Source: Epiperipatus broadwayi (Eukaryota; Animalia; Onychophora). Taken from it: a stretch of 64,000 bases of DNA. A program made the translations under genes and the position numbers. Under the pieces are notes generated by a model that was not told the origin of the DNA, did not search any database, and saw only the letters and a program-made list of their open reading frames with translations. Below, piece after piece: positions 1 to 13,099 of this stretch. The stretch covers positions 20,088,001 to 20,152,000 of the forward strand of contig JAQFVV010000007.1 of NCBI GenBank assembly GCA_028023455.1, given 5' to 3'. Position 1 is the first letter of the stretch. Every line of letters starts with the position of its first letter.

Positions 1-210
1 CTTAGTTCACATCTGTACAACTATACAAGCTGATGAGCTCAGCTTCAAAACATTATTATGTTTATTTTGGAATCAAATATTTATAGTTAGCCAAAGAAGT
101 AAAAAGTAGCTGGTGGAGGATTTCAGTGGATCCTAAGATTGAGGTGCAGTGCTCTCAGATACAAGCTTCTCACTTATGATAGCCAAAAGCTAAAAACTAG
201 TCTGGGAATA
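1..210 (+). mobile_element. Family B non-autonomous PLE pLTR-like repeat, runs off the window start
   Basis: Aligns by eye with 35220-35425 (+), 34824-34980 (-) and 23550-23670 (+); ends in a decayed hammerhead motif. Confidence 0.65.
167..208 (+). ncRNA. Decayed minimal type I hammerhead ribozyme (family B)
   Basis: TTCTCA-CTTATGA-TAGC caaaa GCTA-AAAA-CTAGT-C-TGGGAA. Stem I 6 bp, stem II 4 bp, palindromic stem III ACTAGT, GUC site. Core mutated (CTGATGA>CTTATGA, GAAA>AAAA). Confidence 0.65.
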
Positions 211-491
211 TTAAATGAATAGGCACTAGATAGGAATTTACCATAAACCTTTCTGCATCCATTGAATACCCTGACTTGCTACTATATGGAGAGTTTTAAC
301 CTATAATAGCTTATTTGTTAGGTTTTTGTTGAAGTAAAAGGGATGCATTCACTTCACGAAAGAATTCCAACAAAAGAGCTATTATAAGTAAATGAGAAAA
401 CTTATTTAGCCTCAGAAATTGTCAATTAATAGTAATTGATAATTTCTTCATAGCATCAAAGATTAAAGGTGATTTCTATTTACATGGATAT

Positions 492-2960
492 TCATCATCA
501 TCATCATCAACCATTATAAATCCACTGTAGAATGAAGATCTCTCCAAGTTCAATCCATCTCCAATCTTCAGCTTCTCTTCTCCACATCACCCCTGCACAC
601 TTTCTTATTTCATCCATCCATCTCACATGTGGTCTCTTTCTAGGTCTTTTACAATCTTTTGGAATCTCATTTAAGATTTTAATTGTCCATCTATTATCAT
701 CTCTTCTAGCAATGTGTCCAGCCCAACTCCACTTCAGTCTTTTAATTTTTTCAATGAGGTCAGTAACACTTGTTTGTTCTCTTACCCATATATTGCATTT
801 TGACCTCTTCCCAACATACATCTCGCCATACTATTTTAAGTGGTCTGAAGTCTCTGTATTGCTCCTCTATTAAGTGTTCAAGTCTCAGAACCATAAGTAA
901 AACATTTATTAAAAACCTTTTTTTTTCATATTTCTACCAAAAGCACTTCAACCAAGTTTAATTCTATGATTAATTTCATCCATTATGTTTCTATTTGTAT
1001 TAATAATATGACCAAGGTATTTGTAATTGTTAACTTTTTCTAAGTCATCATAATCAATCTTTATTTTCATATTTTGAGAAAATCTATTAAACATTACTTT
1101 AGTCTTTTTAATATTTATCTTTAGTCCTACTTTCCTACTTTCATCTGATAACTCCTGCAACATTATCTGCAAAATCTAAATGACTTAAATAATCTCCTAT
1201 TTACTTTCATTCCTTTATATTCCTATTTTAATTCACAAAATACTTCTTGCAACATTGCTATAAAAAGTTTTGAAAATAGGGAGTTTACACTCTTTTCAAT
1301 GTTGACTTTCCCAGTATCATTACATAATCTAATTGTTGCTGCTGCATTTTTATAAATATTCTTTAAAATATGACAATATCCTGAATCTATAGCTTGATTA
1401 TCCAATGCTTTCATCACTGAAGAAATATTTAGGAATCAAATGCCAATTTCTACAATTCCAAAACATAATGGCAACTCAGATTCATTTGTCCTTTCTATAA
1501 CTTCTCTCAATACCTGGATATGATCTACTGTACTAAAACCACTTTTAAATCCACCTTGTTTTCTTGGTTGGTGGAAATCCAATGTTCTCTATAGACGAGT
1601 TGTAATTATTTTGATAAAAAATTTGTATAAAACTGATAAAATACTGATAGGTCTGTAATTTATAATATCTTATTTATCACCTTTTTTAAATATTAATGTT
1701 GCATTCTTCCAATCAGCTGGTACATCTTTATCATTTATATATTTGGTATATAACTTTGCTAAAAAAATTCTATTTCTTCACCTGCTTTTTTTAATATATC
1801 AATTATAATTCCATCATTACCTGGAGTCTTTCCTTTCTTCATACATTAAATTGCATGTCTCACTTCTTCATTTAAAATTTCTGGGCAATTTGGAAGATGT
1901 AATAGATATAGGAAGTACTTGTTCTTTATTACTATATAATTCTTGATAAAAGTCTTTTATCCATTTCATGATGACATCTCTCTTTTTAGTAATAATTCCA
2001 TCTTTTTTTTTATTGCAGATATAAAATCCTACCAATGCCAAAATGTTGTTTTACACTCTTGAGACTTGTATTTTCTTCTACAACTTTACTTGCTATTTCA
2101 CAGTTATACTTTCTTATATCATTTTCAACTCTTTTCTGCACCATTTTACAAAATTTGAGATATTTAATCCTTTTTAATGCATCATTTTTGTATATCTTCA
2201 TATTCCTTCTTTTCTTCATAAATTCTCTAATCTCACTAGAAATTTTATTGGTCAATTTCTGCTTTTTTCTACCAGCTATCTTTGTTGCAGTTTTTAAAAG
2301 TGTATCAGTTATCTTCATATTAATTTCATTCAAATCTGAATCTTGTTTCAAAGTCTACTAATACTTGAAACTAATTTGTAAGTACTAATTTAAATTCATT
2401 AGAATGTTTCTGAAGATTAGGAATATCAACTGTAAATATTGTTTTTCTTAATAATTTTTGTCTCTCTAGTTTGCATTAACACGTATCTTACATCTTACTA
2501 ATCGATGATCACTTTCTATGTTAAATTCATAAGAACATTACAATTTTGAAATATGTATTTTCTGTTAGTCAAAATATAATCTAATTCTACTCTACCTTCA
2601 TTTGGATGCTTCTATTTCCATTTCCTTTTAACATTTTTCTCAAAAAAAGAATTCATAATATAAAGTTTTTCTTTTTTGGCAAACTTCACAAGTCTATGTC
2701 CTCTCTCCTTTCTATTACCATAAACAAAATTATCTACAGCACTTTTTATCTTTCATTTCTTTACCAATTATAGCATTAATGTCTCCCCTAACAATTTTAA
2801 AATGTTGTACATCCATATAAAAATATTATACTACTTCATCACTATATGTACTTGTTAGGGCATAAACCTGAATCATCTCAATTTTGTATGATAAAAATAT
2901 AATGTTTGATATTTATTATAAGGCATGATTTGTTTTGTAATATAATTGTTAATATTGTAG
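492..2960 (-). mobile_element. RTE-clade LINE, 5'-truncated and frameshifted (APE endonuclease + RT + C-terminus, (GAT)n tail)
   Basis: Minus-strand remnants QVYA..S...E, GDINAIIG, RKW..HPN...ELDYIL (APE); LQELSDESRKVGLKINIKKTKVM, YKYLG (RT); LKWSWAGHIARRDDNRWT..RPRKRP..RWMDEI (RTE C-terminus); (CAT)n at 492-509 is the tail. Confidence 0.92.
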
Positions 2961-4269
2961 AAGAATACTCAATAGGAAGATGAGATTGTAGTTTTAATTG
3001 TGAAGTAGATTATGGTCAGTGATGCTAAAAATATAAAGCTATAATTCCAGGATAGTGTGAAATACCTTTCTGAAGAACTGATTAATATTTTAATGGGATT
3101 GATCAATGTGACACCCATATATGTTTTTTAGTATGATGAGATGAGTGGAATTTTCACAAAAAATGGGTGTTAATTTCCATAAAAGCTTAGTAGAAAAACC
3201 TGGATATTAGAGCATAATCATTAAAATAAAAATGACTATTTGCCAAGAAATAACACTCCATTAAATAGGAAGGGAGATCTCCATTTTTATATTTAGAGAT
3301 AATAGTTTATTAAAAATCAGTTTCTTATCTATAGAATTTTTTTGGGATATGATAAAGAAAGGTATATAATGAGCATCATATGTAGACTAATTAGTTATTC
3401 TTTAGAAATATTAGTTTTCTTCCTAGGTAGTAGAAAATTGGTTGTTAAAAGAACAATAATAAATACAAAGTAAATATTTTATTAGTTAAGTAAAATCAGG
3501 TGGATTTAATGCTAAAAGATAAAATGTGAGATCAAAAGTAAAAATGAAAAAGTGAATAAAAAAAAGTAAAGAGTGAACAAGATGAGTGACCATTTATTAA
3601 TATGGAAACTTGATTCAATTAATTATTTCAATATCATATCAATATTATATCGAAAGTTATAATAACATAAACTAAATTTTTTATGAATGGAATTTACCCA
3701 GACTTACATTGCAAAAAGATAATGTATTATGTCAGTAGATGAAAAAAAGATTTAAAAATTGAACCTATAAAAAACACTCATGGATAGTAAAATTAATTAT
3801 CAACATGAAAGAAAATATACATGTTGATAATGGTGAATTTAATGTTTGACAAATAAAACATTATATAATCTCAATGTTAAATTGACAAGAAGTATGTTTA
3901 TTTTATTTACTTACTTTTCAATGTAAATAATTGTACATATAATTTAATAATTTCATATGTATTTTAGAGTTTAATTATCTTATTTATTATTTGTTACGTT
4001 GTTACTTATTGTTACTACAATTAAAATAAACAGTTATTTTAATATAAATCTTGGACTAGTGATCTTATTTTTACTCAGAATTATTTTTATCACAAAGTCA
4101 TATCAAAGCCCATGGGTCATATATGAAAATGATTACAATCAAAAATATAATTACTGGATAATTTATGCCTAAGATGTTATAAAGAAGGAAAACTTGATAA
4201 ATTAATTATTTATTATTTGAAAATTATAATTATCTAAGAATTGTTATTTAATAAGATATGATATGTTGG

Positions 4270-4450
4270 ACTATTTTCATCATTTATGAGTGAATGTTAA
4301 ATGTATAAAAAAATTTAAACTTTATTTAAACTTTCAAATACAAACAACTTGTTAGTAATAACACACAAATAGACAATACACGTTAGGAATTACACAATGT
4401 TTCGAGTAGTCTTATTCTCCACTCTTCTTCAGGTGTTGCTGGCCTATATG
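4270..4450 (-). mobile_element. PLE pLTR-like remnant carrying a hammerhead motif
   Basis: HHR motif followed on the minus strand by a T-rich tail typical of pLTR ends. No readable coding remnant next to it. Confidence 0.45.
4392..4436 (-). ncRNA. Minimal type I hammerhead motif, core intact, stem III decayed
   Basis: Minus strand ACAC-CTGAAGA-A-GAGT...ACTC-GAAA-CAT-T-GTGT. ACAT/TG is explicable as CpG decay of ACGT-CG. Confidence 0.6.
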
Positions 4451-5373
4451 CACAGTGGCAATATTGTTATTTAATGGTATCATTTCCATAGAGCATTAAC
4501 TGAAAATGGTAATATCTTAAGAGTCACATTATTATTATTTTAAAATCAATTTAAATTCATTCTTAGAATAAATTTAAAATGTTATATTAGTTTAAAAGAT
4601 AGATTATTAATAGAACATATTAGAAGGTTTATATTTTTTTTAAAGATGTAATTTGAAAGAGGAGAAACTAGTCAAATTAATGTAATAAAGTGAATAAAAG
4701 GGGAGGATGTCATGGTTGTATTGTAAAGCTTTGATGATAGCAAATTATTATTCTGTTTTATAATTAATAATTGTATAATGAAGATATTTGATATTCATAT
4801 ATAATTAAATAAGTAACTTAGTAAATAATAAATGTTAATTTATTATATTATGGTTATTAAAGTTATGTTACTTTTAAGAAGAAAATTTAATTTAGGTTTA
4901 TATGGTTAGGTGTGATTATTATTAAGATGATTGGATCTTAGTAAAATCCCTCCTATTATCCAATTATCTTATTGTTAGTAATTGTTATTATAAGAGAATA
5001 ATTATTATCCTTGAGATACCCATAAGGTAGCAGTAATTATTATAATGTATTTTAATATGCATTTAATTTCATTATTTTTATATAATTTCTTAAATAAGTG
5101 AAGGGTAGAATAATCATTATTTTTAATGAAAGATTATGTTAGTCATTGTATGATGTGGGGATTTTCCTAATGATTATACTAGAATAGTAGTGAGAAAATT
5201 TCTACCATAACAATGCCATTGGAGAGCATATTCTATATGCCTCTCAATGTTAAAACCACTATATTGTGACCACCTCTTATGTTTACCTTGTGTTTTATGT
5301 ATTATACATTTCTAATTAATTATTGAGTCTCATAAAGTGATTTTATATTTTGATGTTTGAGCTGAGTGAAGGT

Positions 5374-5377
<4 letters not shown>

Positions 5378-5464
<87 letters not shown>
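5378..5464. repeat. (TA)n microsatellite
   Basis: Perfect TA run of about 87 bp. Confidence 0.98.
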
Positions 5465-5469
<5 letters not shown>

Positions 5470-5555
5470 CATTCCAATAATTCTAAACAAGCTTTTTTTA
5501 TAATAAATTCTACAAGACAAAGCATTCAAATCATCCTTATTTAGTACTGTCCACA

Positions 5556-5596
5556 TCCTCAGACTGGTTTTGAGCTATAGCTCTCTTCAGTGAGGA
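5556..5596 (-). ncRNA. Minimal type I hammerhead ribozyme, near-perfect fold with two CpG-type substitutions
   Basis: Minus strand TCCTCA-CTGAAGA-GAGCT AT AGCTC-AAAA-CCAGT-C-TGAGGA. Stem I is 6 perfect pairs. GAAA>AAAA and CCGG>CCAG are inferred. Confidence 0.85.
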
Positions 5597-5720
5597 GCTA
5601 GGACACCAAATTTAAAAAACTAACTCAAGATAAGGATTTATCTAAATGTTAATTCTTAAGTCTTTAAATTCAGCTCTCCAACTGAAATAATCATATGGGT
5701 CTGAAGTTAATTCAGAAATC

Positions 5721-5721
<1 letters not shown>

Positions 5722-5800
<79 letters not shown>
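5722..5800. repeat. (TA)n microsatellite
   Basis: Perfect TA run of about 78 bp. Confidence 0.98.
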
Positions 5801-5804
<4 letters not shown>

Positions 5805-7410
5805 ATAAATATATATATAATAAATAAAAAAAACATTACAAGCATAAAGCTAAACTAGTCAATATAAAATCAAAACTACCCCAAATCTAAAATTAAACCA
5901 GACCAGCATAAAAATAATATTAAAACACAACCTAAGGTTTCATTGCTACAAGCAGACTTCTCAAGTGGAAAGAACTACAAAAAACTACACAATATATATA
6001 CTATTAAAAACTACCCACAAATCCATTCACTTCCCATCCACCCTTAATATTAAAAGAACTCTTAAATAAGTTAATTGCTACAGAATAGTAAATTTTCAAT
6101 AATAAAGACTCTTTAATTCTTCTTTTGATTTCATTTCTCTCAAAGAAGACAACCTTAGCTCCATCAAAATCAATATTGCTGGCTCTGGCTAAGCATTTAT
6201 CATAAAGCATGTTGTTTAAGTCTTATATTATTGTTTGCTCTGGATTTAACATAATAAACATAAGAGCTATTATCTTTCTGGCACTTAACTAAATAAACAA
6301 TGTGAAAATCTTTAAAATTTTAAACATTCATTTTTTTTTTCTAAACTTTAAGTCTACGAATGTAGTTGGAGCAAAAAACTTTTAGTCAGCATTAGAAATA
6401 TTATATCTAAATCTTTTATGTGCTCATTAAAAAATATAGATTGTTTGATACTTAAGCACGTTTTTATTGGAGGAGAGAATGCAATATGTAAACATTTGAA
6501 TTGGTATCTTTGGTATAATTTTAGCAAATCTGATTCATCTATAACTTTCTATTGATTTTGAGTTCTATAATAGAATGCGATCTCATTATAGTCTGATTAT
6601 AGTTTATTTATTTATTATGTGGTCAGTTATTGAGAAAATGAATTGTGCAAGATTAATTTGGGGTTTTTTTTTTCAGTTTGTAATTAATAACCAAATTTCA
6701 AAAGTTGACATAAAACAAAGCAATGAGAAAAAAAAAATTATTTTACAATTAGGTAGAAGAAAATGCAAATACATTCAAATACCATGATAAAACTGTAATA
6801 AATGATTGCCCCATAGATGCTAATATCATATCATTGATGTAGATAGAAATTTGAGTTTCTGGATCAAATTTCAATCTCTAGACTTCATTCTTTAAACCCC
6901 TCTTATTTCAAATAATAAAAAAACTATAAAAAGATAATTCTCTCTTCCACCTACTATGAAATTTAACTTTTACTTCTTTAATTACAAACTTATTAATCGA
7001 AAACATTTTTTAGTATTTTAAATATTTAAATGTTAGTAGTAAAAATACAAAATTTTTAACTACCTTGCAAAAATATTTTAAATGCAGAATGCAACATAAT
7101 AATAACGATTGTAATTTTTTTTCTAAAAAAAAATAAAAGAGAGGGGGGATAGAAAGTTTGTGTTTTAAATTGAATCTTGTAATAAAAAATAAATCATTTT
7201 TTTATGCAGAATGTTTTATTATTATTAATTTTCAAAGAAATTTTATTGAAATTCTTAAGAGATTACAGACTAAATGAAAAAGAAACGTATATAAAGTGAC
7301 ATAAATTAAATATTACAATGAAAAACTATAAAATACAATATATATATATAAATAAAACAAAATAGTTTGATCATTATCAAAAATACATAGGAAGAAGTAT
7401 AGTAAATTTT

Positions 7411-7800
7411 AATAGAAGAGCAATACAGAGACTTCAAATCACTCAAGAAGTATGGAGAGGTGCATGTTAGGAGTAACAAAAAGAGATCGAAAATGCAATA
7501 TATGGGTAAACGAACAAACAGGTGTTACTGACCTCATTGAAAAAATTAAAAGTCTGAAGTAGAGTTGGGCTGGACATATTACTAGAAGAGATAATAATAG
7601 ATGGATAACTGAAATCTTAAACTGGATTCCAAGAGATTGTAAAAGACTCAGAAAAAGACCACATGCGACATGGATGGTTGAAATAAGAAAGTGTGTAGAG
7701 GTGATGTGGAAAAGAGAAGCTAAAGATCAGAGAAGATGGATTGAACTTGGAGAGACCTTCATCCTTCAGTGGATTGATAATATTGACAATAATGCTGATG
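7411..7800 (+). mobile_element. RTE LINE 3' fragment with 12-bp TSD (same family as 492-2960)
   Basis: Matches the reverse complement of about 495-875. ATAGTAAATTTT occurs at 7399-7410 and 7801-7812. Degenerate GAT tail. Confidence 0.92.
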
Positions 7801-7896
7801 ATAGTAAATTTTGGAAAAAGTATTGAAAATAGTATATAATTATATCATTTCTTCATATTCAATACCTAAGATTTTTTTACTTTTCTGGATAATCGT

Positions 7897-8264
7897 AATA
7901 TTCACATAAATGTTCTGGACATTTATATGGAAAAGGGAGACTATATTTTTTTTAATTTAGCTTTTATTCATGCTTAGAATGTTTTCTATATATAACATAT
8001 CATAATCATAGCACTTTCATTTCTTTAATGTTCATATTCTATATGTATGATCACTTTTTTTAAATGTTCAAAGTTTATATGTATTATACTTTATAAATTT
8101 ATCAACTATACATATAGTCTTTAAACACTACAAGAAGTGAAAGTGCTATGAATATGATATGTTATATATCAAAAGCATGCTAAGAATGAATAAAAGCTAA
8201 TTTTAAAACAAATGTATATACTAAGCCTTTTCTGCATAAATAACCAGACAATTATGTGAACATT
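7897..8264. mobile_element. MITE-like foldback element (about 130-bp arms, about 105-bp spacer)
   Basis: 7897-8025 is the imperfect reverse complement of 8132-8264 (e.g. TAACATATCATAATCATAGCACTTTCA / TGAAAGTGCTATGAATATGATATGTTA). Confidence 0.75.
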
Positions 8265-8544
8265 TTTCATATTGCTACTTTTTTTAAGCACAAGATCTAG
8301 AGGCATGACAGCTGTTTCATTATCTTGAGAAACATGTTTGTTATCTCTCAGTTTTAGTTGCTCTAAATTATTTCAAAATGTGTTAGGATGTCACCTTGTA
8401 TTATTTACATATATTATTTACATACCTGAATATGCATCTTGTGCACCATAAGGCATATAGATTAAATATGGCAGCTTATATTTAGGAAAAAATTGCTAGC
8501 CAATGAATTAATTATAGTTTTAAGAGAAATATTTTTTTTCTTTA

Positions 8545-8830
8545 TATTTCTATAATAAATGTGCACATTGCTTCACAGCTGCAGTATTCAAAGAGAAAAT
8601 GAAATGGTGTTTCATCCTCCTTATAACTAACCTGGCATGCAGAATCCACATTAGAATAAAAGCTTTTGTATTTAGGATAATATAGAGTTGGACAAGTCAT
8701 TAAATTAATTTTAAGAAAGAAATCAAAATATTTTGATTGATGAGACCAATTTTTAAATTTGTGGAAAAGTCGTTTGTTGTTTAAGTATAGAAGAATTTGT
8801 GCTATTTGAAATATTAGGGTGGAGAAATTC
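8545..8830 (-). mobile_element. Decayed LINE C-terminal remnant (zf-RVT/CCHC-like, L1/Tx1-type)
   Basis: FDFFLKINLMTCPT...ACQVSYKEDETPFHFLFEYC resembles the K.FLW..LPT...C..C...ET..HL..C zinc knuckle of L1-type elements. Confidence 0.45.
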
Positions 8831-9626
8831 AATAATTTTCCAATATCTACATTTTTGTTGCAATAATGTATCTATATTATCTTCAATCTTTTATAGAGAT
8901 TTCAATAATGATAAAATAATAAGCAGTTATGGAGGTGTATCTGTAGAAATTATTTTCATGTATGTTTTAGGAAAGAAAATCATTACCCATGAAAATTAGA
9001 AAATTTACTGTTTTTGAATATTAAAAACATTAATAGAAAATTTAGGCATTTCACAGAGATATCATACCTTTTCTCCCATAGTAAATTTATATAAACTGAA
9101 TTCATATATGATTTAAACAATTTTATCATTTGTATGATGGGTATGTAGTATAAAATTTTCTCGTTATTATTAATTGGTTAAAAAGTAGTACTTTTGAATA
9201 TAATGATAGATATGACTTTTGGGAAAAAGTCACTAGTTTTTTTATTTCTTTTTTAAGGTTTTCTTGTATCTTTAATCACATATTTGTAAAGCTTCTGCAG
9301 AAATGAAAACCAAGAAAAATGGAAGGTTTGTCATGGAATAACTGAGTTACAAACTGATAAATTATCTATGCTGATGTCTTATCCATGTTGAATTTAAGTT
9401 TATACTTGTTTGTATATTCCTATAAAGTATTAAGTAATTGAAGGATTTGTTTTTCTTTTGATGTTAAAAACACTGTAATACCATCCATATATGCAATAGA
9501 TGAGACACTTGTATTTATACTCCATCCGAATATCCCAGGTATTTTTGTCTATTGTGTTAATGGAAGGGTTAATTTATGTAGTTTAAATAATGCACTGAAT
9601 GGTGAGTCTTGAGGTACTGATTGATA

Positions 9627-9771
<145 letters not shown>

Positions 9772-11431
9772 TAACTGAAACACACAGGCTTATTATATAC
9801 CTGTGTTTATATATGTAATATATAGGGTATATGAAATACACAGTGTATTTCAATGAAGCAATGACTGGTGATACATATTTATATGAATGAAAGTGTAAAT
9901 CAGTTATGCTATATCTTTATGGTTTCAAATACATTTCCTCTTTTTTTTTCTGCAAATTCCATGTCTATTTTTATCTTATTTTCTCTCTACAGTCTAATTG
10001 ATCTACAGTTCTTTCACCTTCAATCCTTATTTAATTTATTCAGAACCATTCTGTACATCTATATAAAAATTCTTTACTTTTTTATCATCAAAAAAACTTG
10101 GAAGTATATATAAACTGGAATTATAAGAATTTGGTATCCTCTGTTAAAGTGAATACTTAATCTACACAATCTGTCAAATATGTCATCAATCTTTTTTACA
10201 TTATTGCCTCCCCATATTTTATTTATAATGAATCTGGTTTCATTTGTTGTTCAATAATTGCATATTTATAATAAAGACAATTTTTTCAACTTTCTCTGCA
10301 GTTTTTAAATTTATAAAATCCCAAAACATCCCATTTAATATTACATAATTTTAATGCCGCATCATGAAGTTTTTTTCTTTTAAATATGATTATAGTCATA
10401 CTTTAGTTAGCAAACTGTAGATTCTTAACTTAGTCAAATTGATATCTTGGCTGTTGCTTTATAAATCTGAAAAACCAGGGACAGTCTTTTTATTTTCGTT
10501 TGACATATCAACACACACATCTACACCCTGCATGCTACCTTCAAAAAGCTTAACCAAAATCTCTCTAAAATAAAACCATGGTATTCAGAGATAAAATCAA
10601 GCCAAATTATATCTGGCTATTGCGCATTGAAAATAAACCATCCTATTACCATGAGAATAGTTCCATATAAAAACAATTGCAGCTATAGAAATCCTATGGA
10701 ATGAACATTAAGAATTCGCTCTTCCGATTCTTTTAAAACTTCCAAAAAAAATCAAAGTCTCTTTTCAATTATTAATCAACTTTTTTTTGCAGTCTATATA
10801 TAATAATTCCAATTTTTTTTTACATTTTTAACTTTTTATGTTGAAATCATTTATCAGCTCTAAACCTTCACATTTAATCAGTTAATCTTACGTATTATAT
10901 TGTTTACTCGCGAACGTTTTTATCAATTTGAAATCTTTTATAAATTTAAAACAACCGTTTTATCATTTATATATAATTCATCTTTCTAATTCTCTCACAC
11001 GCGCACCTACCCACTCACTGATAATAACGCACAAATTAAATCCTATAGACTGCAATCAGTTAATATTAACTTTTGATTTTTAAAAATTATCGGGGGTTAG
11101 GTATTATTAAAATGAGGTTATAGATATATACATTAAAATTATTTTGAAAGTTGATTTATATATATCTAATTTAATTTAAATATCTTAAACTTTATAAAAT
11201 TAAGCAAGGGCAATTTTAGCTTAACATTAAATGAAACTTACTTATTTAATACATAACATTTGAAATACCAAAAACTCTTAAACCTGGAGCCTAATTGTAA
11301 ATATAGGGGATTTGAAGTCAGACTTTTAAGCCACTTCACTATCTACACTATCTCATACTACTGATACACATGATCACACCCATGCAGAAAAGATAAATAA
11401 TCACCAATATATGTATGTATATATGTATGGG

Positions 11432-11605
11432 GGAGAGGTTGTAAAAGACCCAGAAAGAGACCACATGTGAGATTGATGGATGAAATAAGAAAGTGTGCAG
11501 GGGTAGTGTGGAGAAGAGAAGCTAAATATCAGAGAAGATGGATTGAACTTGGAGAGACCTCCATTCTGCAATGGATTGATAATGGTTGATGATGATGATG
11601 ATGAT
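11432..11605 (+). mobile_element. RTE LINE 3' fragment with (GAT)n tail, nested in the family A loop
   Basis: Matches the RTE 3' end (RPRKRPHVR..DEIRKCAG). Degenerate TSD ATATGTATGGGGGAGA (11421-11436) / ATATCTATGGAAGATA (11604-11619). Confidence 0.88.
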
Positions 11606-11628
11606 ATCTATGGAAGATAGTAATCTGA

Positions 11629-11672
11629 ACCAACTGATGAGTGCTGGTTTAGCACGAAATATGTATATCAAT
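11629..11672 (+). ncRNA. Minimal type I hammerhead motif, catalytic core and stem II intact
   Basis: ACCAA-CTGATGA-GTGCT ggttt AGCAC-GAAA-TATGTAT-A. The stem I 3' strand (TCAAT) is degenerate in this copy, but the opposite arm retains the expected TTGGT in antisense. Confidence 0.75.
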
Positions 11673-13099
11673 GAGTATTTATCTTTTCTGCATATGTGTT
11701 GTCATGTGTATCAGTAGTATGAGATAGTATGGATAGTGAAGTGGCTTGAAAGTCTGAGTTCAAATCCCCTATAATTATTTAATACATGAGAAGAATTATT
11801 TTCGTTGTGTTTTTTTTTCATTTATAATAATTTTATATAATTTAAATAACTTTCCATAGTGTTGAATCGCCTAAAATAAATATCGTTTTGGAAAACCTAA
11901 TAATACTTTAGTAAAAAAACAATTTCTTTTGCCAAAAATTTAATGTGACTTATGTAAAAGACTATCATTGACTATGAGTCATGTTCTCATGCATAGTCAA
12001 TTTTTTAGAATTTTATGCACATGCAACTAAGTTTGAATACCTATTATAATAACAATTAACAAATCAAATTCAGAAAGTTATTTTAACAAACTCATAAACA
12101 ATGCCCCCTTCTATGCCAATGCCAATTTATCAAATAAAACTTACCTTTTTAAAGTTTAAATCCCTGTGTGGTTTTTTTGTTATATTCTCTGACTGGATGT
12201 CAGATAGAGAAACTAGAAAGGAGAATACCAAGTAATATCATTTAATCATTGTGGGGGTAATTTTCCATTGTTTATCACTCTCACTATAATTTAACCTTAA
12301 ATTTAAGAATAGCAGAGTATCTCAGTAAATTCAAACTGTAGATTTCAGGGTATGTTCTTAGGTGAAGATATAAATAAAATAAAAAAACTTTATTTGAGAC
12401 TAACAATATAAGATTCTTTTTTATTAAAGTATAGTATTTTTGAGTAATTGACTGAACTAAAAACTATCCAAGTCTTTTACTCCAGAAATACTTATATATC
12501 ATTTTAGCCATTATTTATCCATTGCCGAATGGATGTCTCTTCAAGTTTAATCAAGTTTGATTGATTTATAAAACCCTATCTACAATACACCAGCAAACTT
12601 CATAATTTTATCCTTACCTCTCACATGTAATTTTTTTCTAGGTCTTTTATAATTGGTCAGAACCTAATTTAAAATTTTAACTATCCATAAATTGTAACTT
12701 GCTTACCATCAAACATGAGTGAAATTTTATCTTTGAGTATAAGTATAAGAATGTATGATAGTTTCTAAATAATCATTATTTCAGATAATTTTTATGACAA
12801 CATAGTACTTTTAAATATTAAACTTTATGACAAAGATGAACTATGATCTCTCTATATCAAAATCTGGATAAACATGGAGAAATAACAAAGCTTCCTAAGT
12901 TCTCCCTCCCCCCTCATCTGTCTTTTCTAAATGTTTAGATTATCTAAAACATTTCACAATTAAATCACATGACATGTGATAAGCAGTTTATTTTCTATTT
13001 CTAATGTCAGCATGTACATTAAATGTTGGTAAAGCACAATTTTCTATAAACTTTTTTAGAGAGTGTAAATAAATAACATTAATAGAATGTATATATAAT

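Larger units (their letters stand above)
5480..6300 (-). mobile_element. Penelope-like element 3' fragment (GIY-YIG C-terminus + pLTR with HHR), interrupted by (TA)n
   Basis: IRLKQH...IDFDGAKVVFFERNEIKRRIKESLLLK resembles the PLE GIY-YIG C-terminus (ORF 6004-6210). HHR lies downstream on the same strand. 5840-6120 matches 14870-15110. Confidence 0.75.
11282..11773. mobile_element. Family A foldback element (about 100-bp arms, HHR in loop) with a nested RTE insertion
   Basis: 11302-11403 is the reverse complement of 11673-11773. Homologous to 45716-45948 and 59164-59250. Confidence 0.85.

Noticed and set aside
25-60. CTGATGAG at 30 as a hammerhead core
   Set aside because: No stem II/GAAA/stem I. 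Paralogs read GTAAATGAG and GTGAATTAG, so the motif is not conserved.
4450-5260. Possible PLE RT remnant upstream of the 4392 HHR
   Set aside because: Only a faint NGIVM..FS resemblance to the RT motif; not supportable.
5320-5845. ORFs rich in YI/IY (also L/N/I-rich at 9569-9853, G/E/P/S-rich at 17579-17885, IYLS/TYLP at 49001-49309)
   Set aside because: Translations of microsatellites and low-complexity tracts.
8322-8355. GAAACAGCTGTC with palindromic stem III on the minus strand
   Set aside because: Upstream CTGAGAG does not fit CUGANGA, and there is no stem I.
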